Of a DNA stretch of 64,000 nt, positions 12,201 through 23,944 are shown one piece after another. Position numbers and translations under genes: made by a program. The notes beneath the pieces are model-generated. The model saw only the letters and a program-made list of their open reading frames with translations. It was not told the DNA's origin and searched no databases. Source of the stretch: Squalus acanthias (Eukaryota); the NCBI GenBank assembly GCA_030390025.1, contig CM059431.1, positions 133,550,001 to 133,614,000 of the forward strand. The letters run 5' to 3'. Numbering within the stretch: the stretch's first letter is position 1; each line of letters starts with the position of its first letter.

Positions 12201-15200
12201 AGAGAGAGAACCACACCCGCTGGGGGAGAGAGAGAGAGAACCACACCCACTGCGTAGAGAGAGAGAGAGAACCACACCCGCTGGGGGAGAGAGAGAGAGA
12301 ACCACACCCGCTGGGGGAGAGAGAGAGAGAGAGAACCACACTCACTGGGGGAGAGAGAGCGAGAGAGAACCACCCCCGCTGGCGGAGTGAGAGAGAGAGA
12401 ACCACACCCACTGGGGGAGAGAGAGAGAGAGAGAACCACACCCGCTGGGGGAGAGAGAGAGAGAGAGAACCACACCCGCTGGGGGAGAGAGAGAGAGAGA
12501 GAATCACACCCGCTGGGGGAGAGAGAGAGAGAGAGAACCACACTCACTGGGGGAGAGAGAGAGAGAGAGAACCACCCCCGCTGGTGGAGTGAGAGAGAGA
12601 GACAGAGAACCACACCCGCTGGGGGAGAGAGAGAGAGAGAACCACACCCGCGGGGGGAGAGAGAGAGAGAGAACCACACCCGCTGGGGGAGAGAGAGAGA
12701 GAGAGAGAGAGAACCACACCCGCTGGGGGAGAGAGAGAGAGAGAGAACCACACCCGCTGGGGGAGAGAGAGAGAGAGAGAGAACCACACCCGCTGGGGGA
12801 GAGAGAGAGAGAGAGAGAACCACACCCACTGGGGGAGAGAGAGAGAGAGAGAGAACCACACCCGCTAGGGGAGAGAGAGAAAGAGAACCACACCCACTGG
12901 GGGAGAGAGAGAGAGAGAGAACCACACCCGCTGGTGGAGAGATAGAGAGAGAGAACCACACCCACTGGGGGAGAGAGAGAGAGAGAGAGAACCACACCCG
13001 CTGGGGGAGAGAGAGAGAGAGAACCACACCCACTGGGGGAGAGGGAGAGAGAGAGAACCACACCCGCTGGGGGAGAGAGAGAGAGAACCACACCCGCTGG
13101 GGGGGAGAGAGAGAGAGTGAACCACACCTGCTGGGGGAGAGAGAGAGAGAGAACCACACCAACTGGGGGAGAGAGAGAGAGCCACACCCGCTGGGGGAGA
13201 GAGAGAGAGAGGGAACCACACCCGCCAGGAGAGAGAGAGAGAGAACCACACCCGCTGGGGGAGAGAGAGAGAGAGAGAACCACACCCACCAGGAGAGAGA
13301 GAGAGAGAACCACACCCGCTGGGGGAGAGAGAGAGAGAGAGAACCACACCCGCCAGGAGAGAGAGCGAGAGAACCACACCCGCTGGGGGAGAGAGAGAGA
13401 GAGAACCACACCCGCTGGGGGAGAGAGAGAGAGAGAGAACCACACCCGCCAGGAGAGAGAGCGAGAGAACCACACCCACTGGGGGAGAGACAGAGAGAGA
13501 GAACCACACCCGCTGGGGGAGAGAGAGAGAGAACCACACCCGCTGGGGGAGAAAGAGAGAGAGAGAACCACACCCGCTGGGGGAGAGAGAGAGAGAGAAC
13601 CACACCCACTGGGGGAGAGAGAGAGAGAACCACACCCGCTGGGGGAGAGAGAGAGAGAGAACCACACCCGCTGGGGGAGAAAGAGAGAGAGAGAACCACA
13701 CCCGCTGGGGGAGAGAGAGAGAGAGAACCACACCCACTGGGGGAGAGAGAGAGAGAGAACCACACCCGCTGGGGGAAAGAGAGAGAGAACCACACCCACT
13801 GGGGGAGAGAGAGAGAGAGAACCACATCCACTGGGGGGGAGAGAGAGAGAGAACCACATCCGCTGGGGGGGAGAGAGTGAGAACCACATCCGCTGGGGGG
13901 GAGAGAGAGAGAGAACCACATCCGCTGGGGGGGAGAGAGTGAGAACCACACCCGCTGGGGGAGAGAGAGAGAGAACCACACCCGCTGGGGGAGAGAGAGA
14001 GAGAACCACACCCACTGGGGGAGAGAGAGAGAGAGAACCACACCCGCTGGGGGAGAGAGAGAGAGAGAGAACCACACCCGCAGGGGGAGAGAGAGAGAGA
14101 GAACCACACCCGCTGGGGGAGAGAGAGAGAGAGAGAACCACACCCGCTGGGGGAGAGAGAGAGAGAGAGAACCACACCTGCTGGGGGAGAGAGAGAGAGA
14201 GAACCACACCCGCTGGGGGAGAGAGAGAGAGAGAGAACCACACCCGCTGGGGGAGAGAGAGAGAGAGAGAACCACACCCGCTGGGGGAGAGAGAGAGAGA
14301 GAGAACCACACTCACTGGGGGAGAGAGAGAGAGAGAGAACCACACTCACTGGGGGAGAGAGAGAGAGAGAGAACCACACCCGCTGGGGGAGAGAGAGAGA
14401 GAGAGAGAGAACCACACCCGCTGGGGGAGAGAGAGAGAGAGAGAATCACACCCGCTGGGGGAGAGAGAGAGAGAGAGAACCACACTCACTGGGAGAGAGA
14501 GAGAGAGAGAGAACCACACCCGCTGGCGGAGTGAGAGAGAGAGAGAGAGAACCACACCCGCTGGGGGAGAGAGAGAGAGAGAGAGAGAACCACACCCGCT
14601 GGGGGAGAGAGAGAGAGAGAGAGAGAACCACACCCGCTGGGGGAGAGAGAGAGAGAGAACCACACCCGCTGGGGGAGAGAGAGAGAGAGAGAACCACACC
14701 CGCTGGGGGAGAGAGAGAGAGAGAGAACCACACCCGCTGGGAGAGAGAGAGAGAGAACCACACCCGCTGGGGGAGAGAGAGAGAGAGAGAGAACCACACC
14801 CACTGGGGGAGAGAGAGAGAGAGAGAGAACCACACCCACTGGGGGAGAGAGATAGAGAGAGAGAGAACCACATACGCTGGGGGAGAGAGAGAGAGAGAAC
14901 CACACTCGCTGGGAGAGAGAGAGAGAGAGAGAACCACACCCGCTGGGGGACAGAGAGAGAGAGAACCACACCCGCTGGGGGAGAGAGAGAGAGAGAACCA
15001 CACCCACTGGGGGAGAGGGAGAGAGAGAGAACCACACCCGCTGTGGGAGAGAGAGAGAGAGAACCACACCCGCTGGTGGAGAGAGAGAGAGAGAACCACA
15101 CCCGCTGGTGGAGAGATAGAGAGAGAGAGAACCACACCCGCTGGGGGAGAGAGAGAGAGAGAGAACCACACCCGCTGGGGGAGAGAGCGAGAGAGAGAAC

Positions 15201-17270
15201 CACACCCGCTGGGGGAGAGAGAGAGAGAAAGAACCACACCCTCTGGGGGAGAGAGAGAGAGAGAGAACCACACCCGCTGGGGGAGAGAGAGAGAGAGAGA
15301 ACCACACCCACTGGGGGAGAGAGAGAGAGAACCACACCCACTGGGGGAGAGAGAGAGAGAAGCACACCCGCTGGGGGAGAGAGCGAGAGAGAGAGAACCA
15401 CACCCGCCAGGAGAGAGAGAGAGAACCACACCCGCTGGGGGAGAGAGAGAGAGAGAGAACCACACCCACTTGGGGAGAGAGAGAGAGAGAGCCACACCCG
15501 CTGGGGGAGAGAGAGAGAGAGAGAACCACACCCGCCAGGAGAGAGAGAGAGAGAACCACACCCGCTGGGGGAGAGAGAGAGAGAGAACCACACCCGCCAG
15601 GAGAGAGAGAGAGAGAACCACACCCGCTGGGGGAGAGAGAGAGAGAGAACCACACCCGCTGGGGGAGAGAGAGAGAGAGAACCACACCCGCTGGGAGAGA
15701 GAGAGAGAGAGAGAACCACACCCACTGGGAGAGAGAGAGAGAGAGAGAACCACACCCGCCAGGAGAGAGAGAGAGAGAACCACACCCGCTGGGAGAGAGA
15801 GAGAGAGAGAGAACCACACCCGCCAGGAGAGAGAGAGAGAGAACCACACCCGCTGGGGGAGAGAGAGAGAGAGAACCACACCCGCCAGGAGAGAGAGAGA
15901 GAGAACCACACCCGCTGGGGGAGAGAGAGAGAGAGAACCACACCCGCTGGGGGAGAGAGAGAGAGAGAACCACACCCGCTGGGAGAGAGAGAGAGAGAAC
16001 CACACCCGCTGGGAGAGAGAGAGAGAGAGAGAACCACACCCGCTGGGGGAGAGAGAGAGCGAGAACCACACCCACTGGGGGAGAGAGAGAGAGAACCACA
16101 CCCGCTGGGGGAGAGAGAGAGAGAGAGAACCACACCCGCTGGGAGAGAGAGAGAGAGAACCATACCCGCTGGGGGAGAGAGAGAGAGAGAACCACACCCG
16201 CTGGGGGAGAGAGAGAGAGAACCACACCCACTGGGGGAGAGAGAGAGAGAACCACACCTGCTGGGGGAGAGAGAGAGAGAGAGAACCACACCCGCGGGGG
16301 GAGAGAGAGAGAGAGAGAATCACACCCGCTGGGGGAGAGAGAGAGAGAGAACCACACCCGCTGGGGGAGAAAGAGAGAGAGAGAATCACACCCGCTGGGG
16401 GAGAGAGAGAGAGAAAGAGAGAGAGAACCACACCCGCTGGGAGAGAGAGAGAGAGAGAGCCACAGCCGCTGGGGGAGAGAGAGAGAGAGAGAACGACACC
16501 CGCTGGGGGAGAGAGAGAGAGAGAGAACCACACCCGCTGGGAGAGAGAGAGAGAGAGAGAGAGAGAACCACACCCGCTGGGGGAGAGAGAGAGAGAGAGA
16601 GAGAGAACCACACCCGCTGGGGGAGAGAGAGAGAGAGAACCACACCCGCTGGGGGAGAGAGAGAGAGAGAGAGAGAACCACACCCGCTGGGAGAGAGAGA
16701 GAGAGAACCACACCCGCTGGGGGAGAGAGAGAGAGAACCACACCCGCCGTGGGAGAGAGAGAGAGAACCACACCCGCTGGGGGAGAGAGAGAGAGAACCA
16801 CACCCGCTGGGAGAGAGAGAGAGAACCACACCCGCTGGGGGAGAGAGAGAGAGAGAACCACACCCGCTGGGGGAGAGAGAGAGAGAGAACCACACCCGCT
16901 GGGAGAGAGAGAGAGAGAACCACACCCGCTGGGGGAGAGAGAGAGAGAGAACCACACCCGCTGGGGGAGAGAGAGAGAGAGAACCACACCCGCTGGGAGA
17001 GAGAGAGAGAGAGAACCACACCCACTGGGGGAGAGAGAGAGAGAACCACACCCGCTGGGAGAGAGAGAGAGAGAACCACACCCGCCGTGGGAGAGAGAGA
17101 GAGAACCACACCCGCTGGGGGAGAGAGAGAGAGAACCACACCCGCTGGGGGAGAGAGAGAGAGAGAGAACCACACCCGCTGGGGGAGAGAGAGAGAGAAC
17201 CACACCCGCTGGGGGAGACAGAGAGAGAGAGAGAGAACCACACCCACTGGGGGAGAGAGATAGAGAGATC
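6240..17270. repeat. ~11-kb compound satellite: (GA)n-ACCACACCCGCTGGGG units of ~28-44 bp
   Basis: Roughly 300+ units with variable GA-tract length and recurring variant units. Confidence 0.97.
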
Positions 17271-17800
17271 CACCGCATCCGGGCAGTCAGGGTTTTGCGC
17301 CCAGTTAGCGCCTCCCAGGAGTAAACCATTTTTTCCCCCTATATATTTTTCATGTGGAAGAAAAACTTGAGTAATGAGTCAGGGAATCTGAATATTGATT
17401 AACTCAGTGTAAAAACATGGCAATAAAGAACCAGTCGCAAATTGAGAACTCAGCATTACTACTTTCTCCAGACATCCTTTGATATGTTTTATTTATGAGG
17501 TTCGAGTACAATAAAGACACAAAGAAACATTCTCCCTACTGTCACTCATTCCCCTCCACATTGGCCCATTATATCCATGATATCATCCTCAGTCAGGGAA
17601 AGGTGACTTTACCTCATGGACTCCAGAAAAGGTGTTAGTGTCACCTCCTGGTAGACAAAAAAAGGAGTAGAAATAACATTCTTATAACCAGTTTCTTTTC
17701 CTTCGCCCAGACATCCCTAAAGAAACAGGTGAATTTTCCCTCTAAGAAATATGTGAATCTGAAGGCCAGTTAATGTTGGGGCTCTACGTTAAGAATCAAT

Positions 17801-20800
17801 GGGCTGGATTTTACCAACCTTGGCGGGTCCATGGCGTGCCACGTCGGAGGCGGGTCCCGGACTCGCTGCCGGCTCCAGCCCATTGTCCAAAATGATTTTC
17901 CTCTGATTGGGCTTGTTAAGCCCGCCCAGCGCGTTTCCCGGCCAATTGAAGGAAGCGGGTCTGATGACGTCATTTGATGATGCATCATCAGCTGGTTTCC
18001 TTAAAGGGACCATGCGAAAATTGATTCTGACAGTTATGCTGTCAGTGTTCTACAGCATTGAGGTGCTGCAAACACTGACAAGCACTGCACGGCTGCACCC
18101 AGGCTCTCCCATGACTCCCTCCATATGCTTATGGAGGGAGTCACAGCACGCAGAGAGGTTCTCTTCCCTTCCAATGAGCGGAAGACACCTCCCCAGGACA
18201 CCAACGCAGCCTGGTTGCACATTGCACAAGAGGACACAAGCAGGGATGTCGTCAGGTGGACCAGGCTGTAGTGGCGCAAACCTTTCAATAATCTCAGTAG
18301 ATCACGAAATGTTAGTACAAAGCCACACTCAACCTCATCCTGCTGTGCCTCTCATCACATCCCCATCACTCTGCCTTCCCTACCCTACTCCTGCACATCC
18401 TTACACCAACTTATGTTGCACCTCCACCCATCCCTCTCTATCTACATTATCACTTCCCCATCTCACTAGCCACTACTCACACTCACCCTCATTCTAGTCT
18501 TCTTCTTAGGCAGTCCCTCGGAACCGAGGATGACTTGCTTCCACACTAAAAACGAGTTCTCAGGTGACTGATGAGCCCAATGCGGGACCTACAGTCTCTG
18601 TCACAGGTTGGGCAGACGGTGGTTGAAGGGGCGGGTGGGTGGGGTGCTTGGGTTGACGTGCACTCCTTGCGCTACCTGCGCTTGGCTTCCGCTTGCTCCT
18701 GGCGAAGAGACTCGAAGTGTTCGGCGCCTTCCCGGATGCTTCTCCTTCACTTTGTGCGGTCTTGGGCCAGGGATTCCCAGGTGTCAGTGGGGATGTTGCA
18801 CTTTTTCAAGGAGGCTTTGAGGGTGTCCTTGAAGCATTTCCTCTGCTCACCTGGGGCTCTCTTGCCATGTCAGAGCTCCGAGTAGAGCGCTTGTTTTGGG
18901 AGTCTCGTATCGGGCATGCGGACGATGTGGCCTGTTCATCAGAGCTGATCGAGCGTCAAAGCTTCGATGCTGGGGATGTTGGCCTGAGCGAGAACACTGA
19001 CGTTGGTGCGCCTATCCTGCCAATGGATTTGCAGGATCTTGCAGAGGCAGCATTGGTGGTACCTCTCCAGTGCTTTGAGGTGCCTGCTGTACATGGTCCA
19101 TGTCTCTGAAGCATTCAGGAGGGCGTTTATCACTACTACTCGGAAGACCATGAGCTTGGTGCTGGGTTTGAGGTCCTGGTCTTCAAACACTCTCTTCCTC
19201 AATCGACCGAAGGCTGCACTGGCACACTGAAGGCAGTGTTGGACTTCCTCATCGATGTCTGGCATTGTTGACAGTAGGCTCCCAAGGTATGGAAAGTGGT
19301 CCATGTTGTCCAAGGCCTCGTCATGGATTTTGATAATCGGGGGGCAGTACTGTGTGGCGGGGGGCAGGTTGGTAGAGGACTTTTGTCTTACGGATGTTTA
19401 GTGTAAGGCCCATGCTCTCGTACATTTTGGTGAAGGTGTTGACGATGGTTTGGAGTTTGACCTCCGAGTGTGTGCAGACACAAGCATCGTCTGCATACTG
19501 TAATTCGATGACAGAGGATGGGATGACCTTGGATCTGGACTGGATGCGACGGAGGTTGAACAGTTTCCCGCTTGTTCTGTAGATTAGCTCCACTCCAGCG
19601 GGGAGCTTACTGAGCGTGAGATGGAGTATTGCAGCCAGGAAGATCGAGAAGAGCATTGGTGCAATGACACAGCCTTGCTTGACCCCGGTCCGTACGTGAA
19701 TTGGGTCTGTGGTGGATCCATTGGTCAGGATCATGGCTTGCACGTTGTCGTGAAGCAGGCGGAGGATGGTGACAAACTTTTGAGGGCAGCTGAATTTGAG
19801 GAGGACACTCCATAATCCCTCATGGTTGACGGTGTCGAAGGCCTTTGTGAGGTCAAAGAAGGCCATGTACAGCGGTTGGTGCTGTTCCCTGCATTTCTCT
19901 TGTAGTTGATGCGCGGTGAAGATCATGTCCATTGTGCCCCTTAGTGGGCGGAATCCGCATTGCATCTCTGGGAGGAGCTCTTCAGCCACTGGGAGAAGGC
20001 GATTGAGGAGGATTCTTGTGATGACTTTCCCTGTGGCAGACAGCAGGGAGACTCCTCTGTAATTACCGCAATCGGACTTGTCACCTTTCTTGAAGATGGT
20101 CACGATTACGGCATCTCTGAGATCCCCTGGCATGCTCTCCTCCTTCCAAATAAGAGAAATGAGTTCATGTATTCACACCAATAGTGCTTCTCCGCCATGT
20201 TTTAGTGCCTCGGTGGGGATTCCATCTGCTCCTGAGGCCTTGTTGTTCTTCAGTTGTCGGATAGCCTTTTCAACCTCATGACAGGCTGGGGTTGTGCTGA
20301 GGTGGTGGCAGGTAGCATGCTGCGGGATGGAGTTGAGGACACTCGCGTCGAAGACAGAGTCTCAGTTAAGGAGATCTTATTCTAGTGCAATCATACCAAC
20401 TAACAACATACAAGGGTAGACATGTGGGTGTTTTATGCAATGTTCATGTGAAGTTTCTGTTAACATGGTATCAAACATTGAAACCTTTATTTTCAACACT
20501 TTGCGTTCTTGGACAGATTTGTGTGCACCTTTGGAAGTGGCTTAGTGAGTTGCAGTGAATGGTGAGACAAAACGATACCCCCGCAATGGTGATGTGTGTG
20601 AAAGGAATGGATCGGGCATTGTAGGGATGCTTATGTTGTTGGTGTGGGGTGGTGCCAACCTGGCATATCATGTGGCAGCCAGGGTGTACAGCATCAAGTG
20701 AAGTAAATCTGGCTATGATAAGGTCATCCCTGGTCTCCTGGGCAGCAATGTGCTCGGGTGCTGATGCCCTGTGTCTTGTGCAGCATCAGTTGATTGCGGA

Positions 20801-21444
20801 GAAGTTTGGTGTTGTTGTTGGTGCTGCTGGTGTGCCTGGTGCTGCTGGTGTTGGGGCTGATCGTGGTGGGATTCTGAGGACCAAGGTGAGATAGTTTCAA
20901 GGGCACCGATGCTGATGGAATAGATGGCAGGTGAAGTAGAGATGACAGAAGCGATCTGTCAATGGTGGGAGAGGTAATGAGGTCAGACTGGATAGAGGCT
21001 TGTGTAAAGACTTGCAGCATCCTGAATCTGTAGTGGAAATGCAGTTTAGAGAAACTAGTGGTTGAGGGAAGATATCTGATTCAGCTGGGAGCTTTGACTT
21101 GACATTTGAAGCTATCAACTCATCAGCTGAAACAATAGCCACTGACCTCCTGCCTCAGCTTCACTGACGAGGTCTCGGTACAGCAGGAAACTGGTGGGCG
21201 ACCTGTCAAAATCAAAAAGCTGGGAAAAAAGCATTGTTAAATGGCTGTAAACAAGCCAATATTGATTTTAATTGCCTCCCCCGCCGCTGAGTGTCAGATC
21301 TGCTCAGTGTTGGCAGACCTGACATTTGGGAAAGGCGCGTGGCGGCGGGTTGACGGCGGGGTCCCGACCCGCTGTCAAAAAAAAACATTTTCCCACCTGA
21401 CTCGCCACCGATTGTGCCCACTGATCCCCTGCAAAATTCTGCCC
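17801..21444. mobile_element. Harbinger-derived non-autonomous element interrupted by an RTE LINE
   Basis: Termini GGGCTGGATTTT / AAAATTCTGCCC. Degenerate Myb/SANT-like sequence near 18080-18310. Confidence 0.6.
18499..20378 (-). mobile_element. RTE-clade LINE, 5'-truncated, frameshifted
   Basis: ORFs 19321-20133 and 18939-19313 (KKGDKSDCGNYRGVSLL, QCGFR, DLTKAFD, GVKQG, YADD, FPYLGS). (AAG)n tail; TSD ATTCTAGT at 18491-18498 and 20379-20386. Confidence 0.9.
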
Positions 21445-22924
21445 AATGGTTCAAGAGCTTCCCATACCAGGTAACACTCGGAATATTAATGAGGGTTAGT
21501 TCTCTATTGACGTGAACCACAAAAATAACCAGTGAAATGAGCTTTGATTTCAACTATTAACCTGTGTATTTTAATTGGGTTAACACATCCATTAAAATAG
21601 TGGACAGAGTGACTAAGAATGTGTTTGGCTAATGTCGACAACTGTAATTGCTAAGTTTAAAATTTTTACAATACAACTAGCAGATTTCAAGTGGCACAAT
21701 ATGGGTTGGGGTAAGGGAATAAAGCAAATTAGGGAGAGGATTCCTGAGGTATTGTGCACATAGACAGGCACGAGATGCACAGATTTTGTAGGTGTTTGCA
21801 GATCATAATTTATAATAATTGATATTTTTGCAATATTATAAAGGTTGTTTTAATTTGTATTCAATAATAAAAATTGGGATATGTGAGCTCCCCAATGGCT
21901 TAATTAGTAAGTGCAGTGAAAGGTTGATGTTCAGTTCCCAAGCTGTGCTGTTAGTTGATTTCACCTTGGCTACAGTTGGCCTCAGTGCACCTGGACTCAG
22001 GAGAAGTTAAATAATCAGTCAGACTTCATGCAGCTGGACCACTGCAAATTTCACTGGAAAATGGGCAGGCACTGAGTGGGGAGAGGATTGGGCTCAGCTG
22101 TGTTGCCCTCCAGAGTCGAATAGCCTATTAGTACTTCACTGTTTCGGCTTCTTGGTGAAGAACATCCACTTGGGTGAGGTACTTGAGCGTGGGCATTGTT
22201 CATTGAAGCAGGAGACGAGGGAAAAAAAATAAAACCTGTGCCATTCAGAATGTAATGGGGCTGATTTCCGAACTGGGCATCCATCTGGCAGGCAGAACAA
22301 TCGCACTGCCCATTGATGGCACTAGTGAGAGGCCCGAACTATTTCAATGGTCGGGTTTCAACTGCATAATTTTAACAAGTGATCGAGGAGCGGAACCGCA
22401 GGAAATCTAACTGCTCCTCCACAGAGCCGAGCTGAAAGCCAAAATTAAAGTTGGGGGGTGTTGACACGGTGGAGACACTGAGCAGACAGCAACAGGTGGG
22501 AATATTTTTGCTGGACCAGGACGTATATTCTTGCTCCTTGCGTACACAAAAATCATTATAAAAACTTACTTGCAATGTTTCCAGAGCGGCCTCCAGTGGA
22601 CCCTTTAAGAACCACTGGATAAGGGGCTCCTTGTACTTCAGATTGCATGTAAACCATAGTTTTTAGTTACCCATTTCTGTCACGTAGTTTAGCTGTAATG
22701 CTGCATTTTGCCACATAGCTCTCCAATTCTAGATAGTGAATAATCCAGCCAGTACCACAGATCTGGAAAATATCAAAACCTAAACAAGAAAAGTTGACCT
22801 CTCTAGCTCTGTGTGTAAAGCCAAGGAACACTAAATCATACAACTTAACTACCATTCAGTCTCTTCAAATTTCCCTGTTGGTCCCTCTACTTCCTGGTGG
22901 TTCAGCAATTATCAGCCCTTCTGT

Positions 22925-23942
22925 GACCAATACTGTCCTGGACAGCTGCATCTGCGACAGGTAGATTGGTAAGGATGAGGTGAAGTAGGTTTTTCCCTCG
23001 TGTTGGTTCTCTCACCACCTGTTGCAAGCCCAGACTGGCAGCTATGTCCTTCAGGGCTCGGTCAGTAGTGGTGCTACCGAGCCACTCTTGGTGATGGACA
23101 TTGAAGTCCCCCACCCAGAGTACATTCTGTGCCCTTACTGCTCTCATTACTTCTTCCAAGTGGTGTTCAACATGGAGGAGTACTGATTCATCAGCTGAGG
23201 GAGGGCGGTAGGTGGTAATCAGCAGGAGCTTCCCTTGCCCATGCTTGACCTGAAGCCATGAAGCTTCATGGGCTCCGGAGTCAATGCTGACGACTACCAG
23301 GGCTATCCTGACTGTATACCACTGTGCCACCACCTCTGGTGGGCCTGTGCTGCCGGTGGGACAGGACATACCCAGGGATGGTGATGGAGGAGTTTGGGAC
23401 ATTGGCTGAAAGGTATGATTATGTCAGGCTGTTGCTTGACTAGTCTGTGGGACAGCTCTCCTAATTTTGGCACAAGTCCCCAGATGTTGGTGAGGAGGAC
23501 TTTGCAGGGTCGACTGGGCTGGGTGTGCCGTTGCTGTGTCCGTAGCCGGTGCCGAGGTCGATGCCGGGTGGTCCGTCTGGTTTCATTTTATTATTGTGTT
23601 TCGTAGCGGTTTGTTACAACTGAGTGGTTTGCTAGGCCATTTCAGAGGGCAGTTAAGAGTCAACCACATTGCTGTGGATCTGGAGTCACAAACTGGCCAG
23701 ACCAGGTAAGAAAAGCATAGTTCCTTCCCTAAAGGACATTAGTGAACCAGATGGGATTTTATGACAATCCGATAGTTTCATGGTTACAATTACTGATGCT
23801 AGCTTTTTATTCCAGATTTATTTAATTAACTGAATTTAAATTCCCCAGCTGCTGTGGTGGGATATGAACTCACATCTCTGGATCATTAATCCAGGTCTCG
23901 TGGATTACTAGCCACAGACATTACCACTATGCTACCATTCCC
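22925..23942 (-). mobile_element. Inverted 5' segment of a CR1/L2-group LINE: tRNA-like head, DeuSINE-like body, APE endonuclease fragment
   Basis: Minus strand: A-box TAGCATAGTGG (23934-23924), degenerate B-box GTTCATATC (23869-23861), then NIWGLVPKLGELSHRLVKQQPDIII, YRPPS, GDFNVH and PTRGKNLL. Confidence 0.75.
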
Positions 23943-23944
23943 AA

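Larger units (their letters stand above)
3490..17339. mobile_element. Harbinger-like non-autonomous element inflated by a Penelope insertion and an 11-kb satellite
   Basis: Left end GGGGGAAAAATT..GTGCTAACT; the right end reverse-complements to GGGGGAAAAAAT..GGCGCTAACT. The GC-rich body is continuous across the Penelope TSD (3719/5863). Confidence 0.55.

Noticed and set aside
6062..17370. Very long ORFs (up to 1417 aa) of SL/ER repeats
   Set aside because: Artefacts of a nearly stop-free satellite, open in all frames on both strands.
21885..22240. Possible ancient tRNA-derived SINE
   Set aside because: Too decayed to assign boundaries or family by eye.
23850..23942. tRNA gene
   Set aside because: Only degenerate A/B boxes with extended spacing and no cloverleaf; it is a retroelement head.
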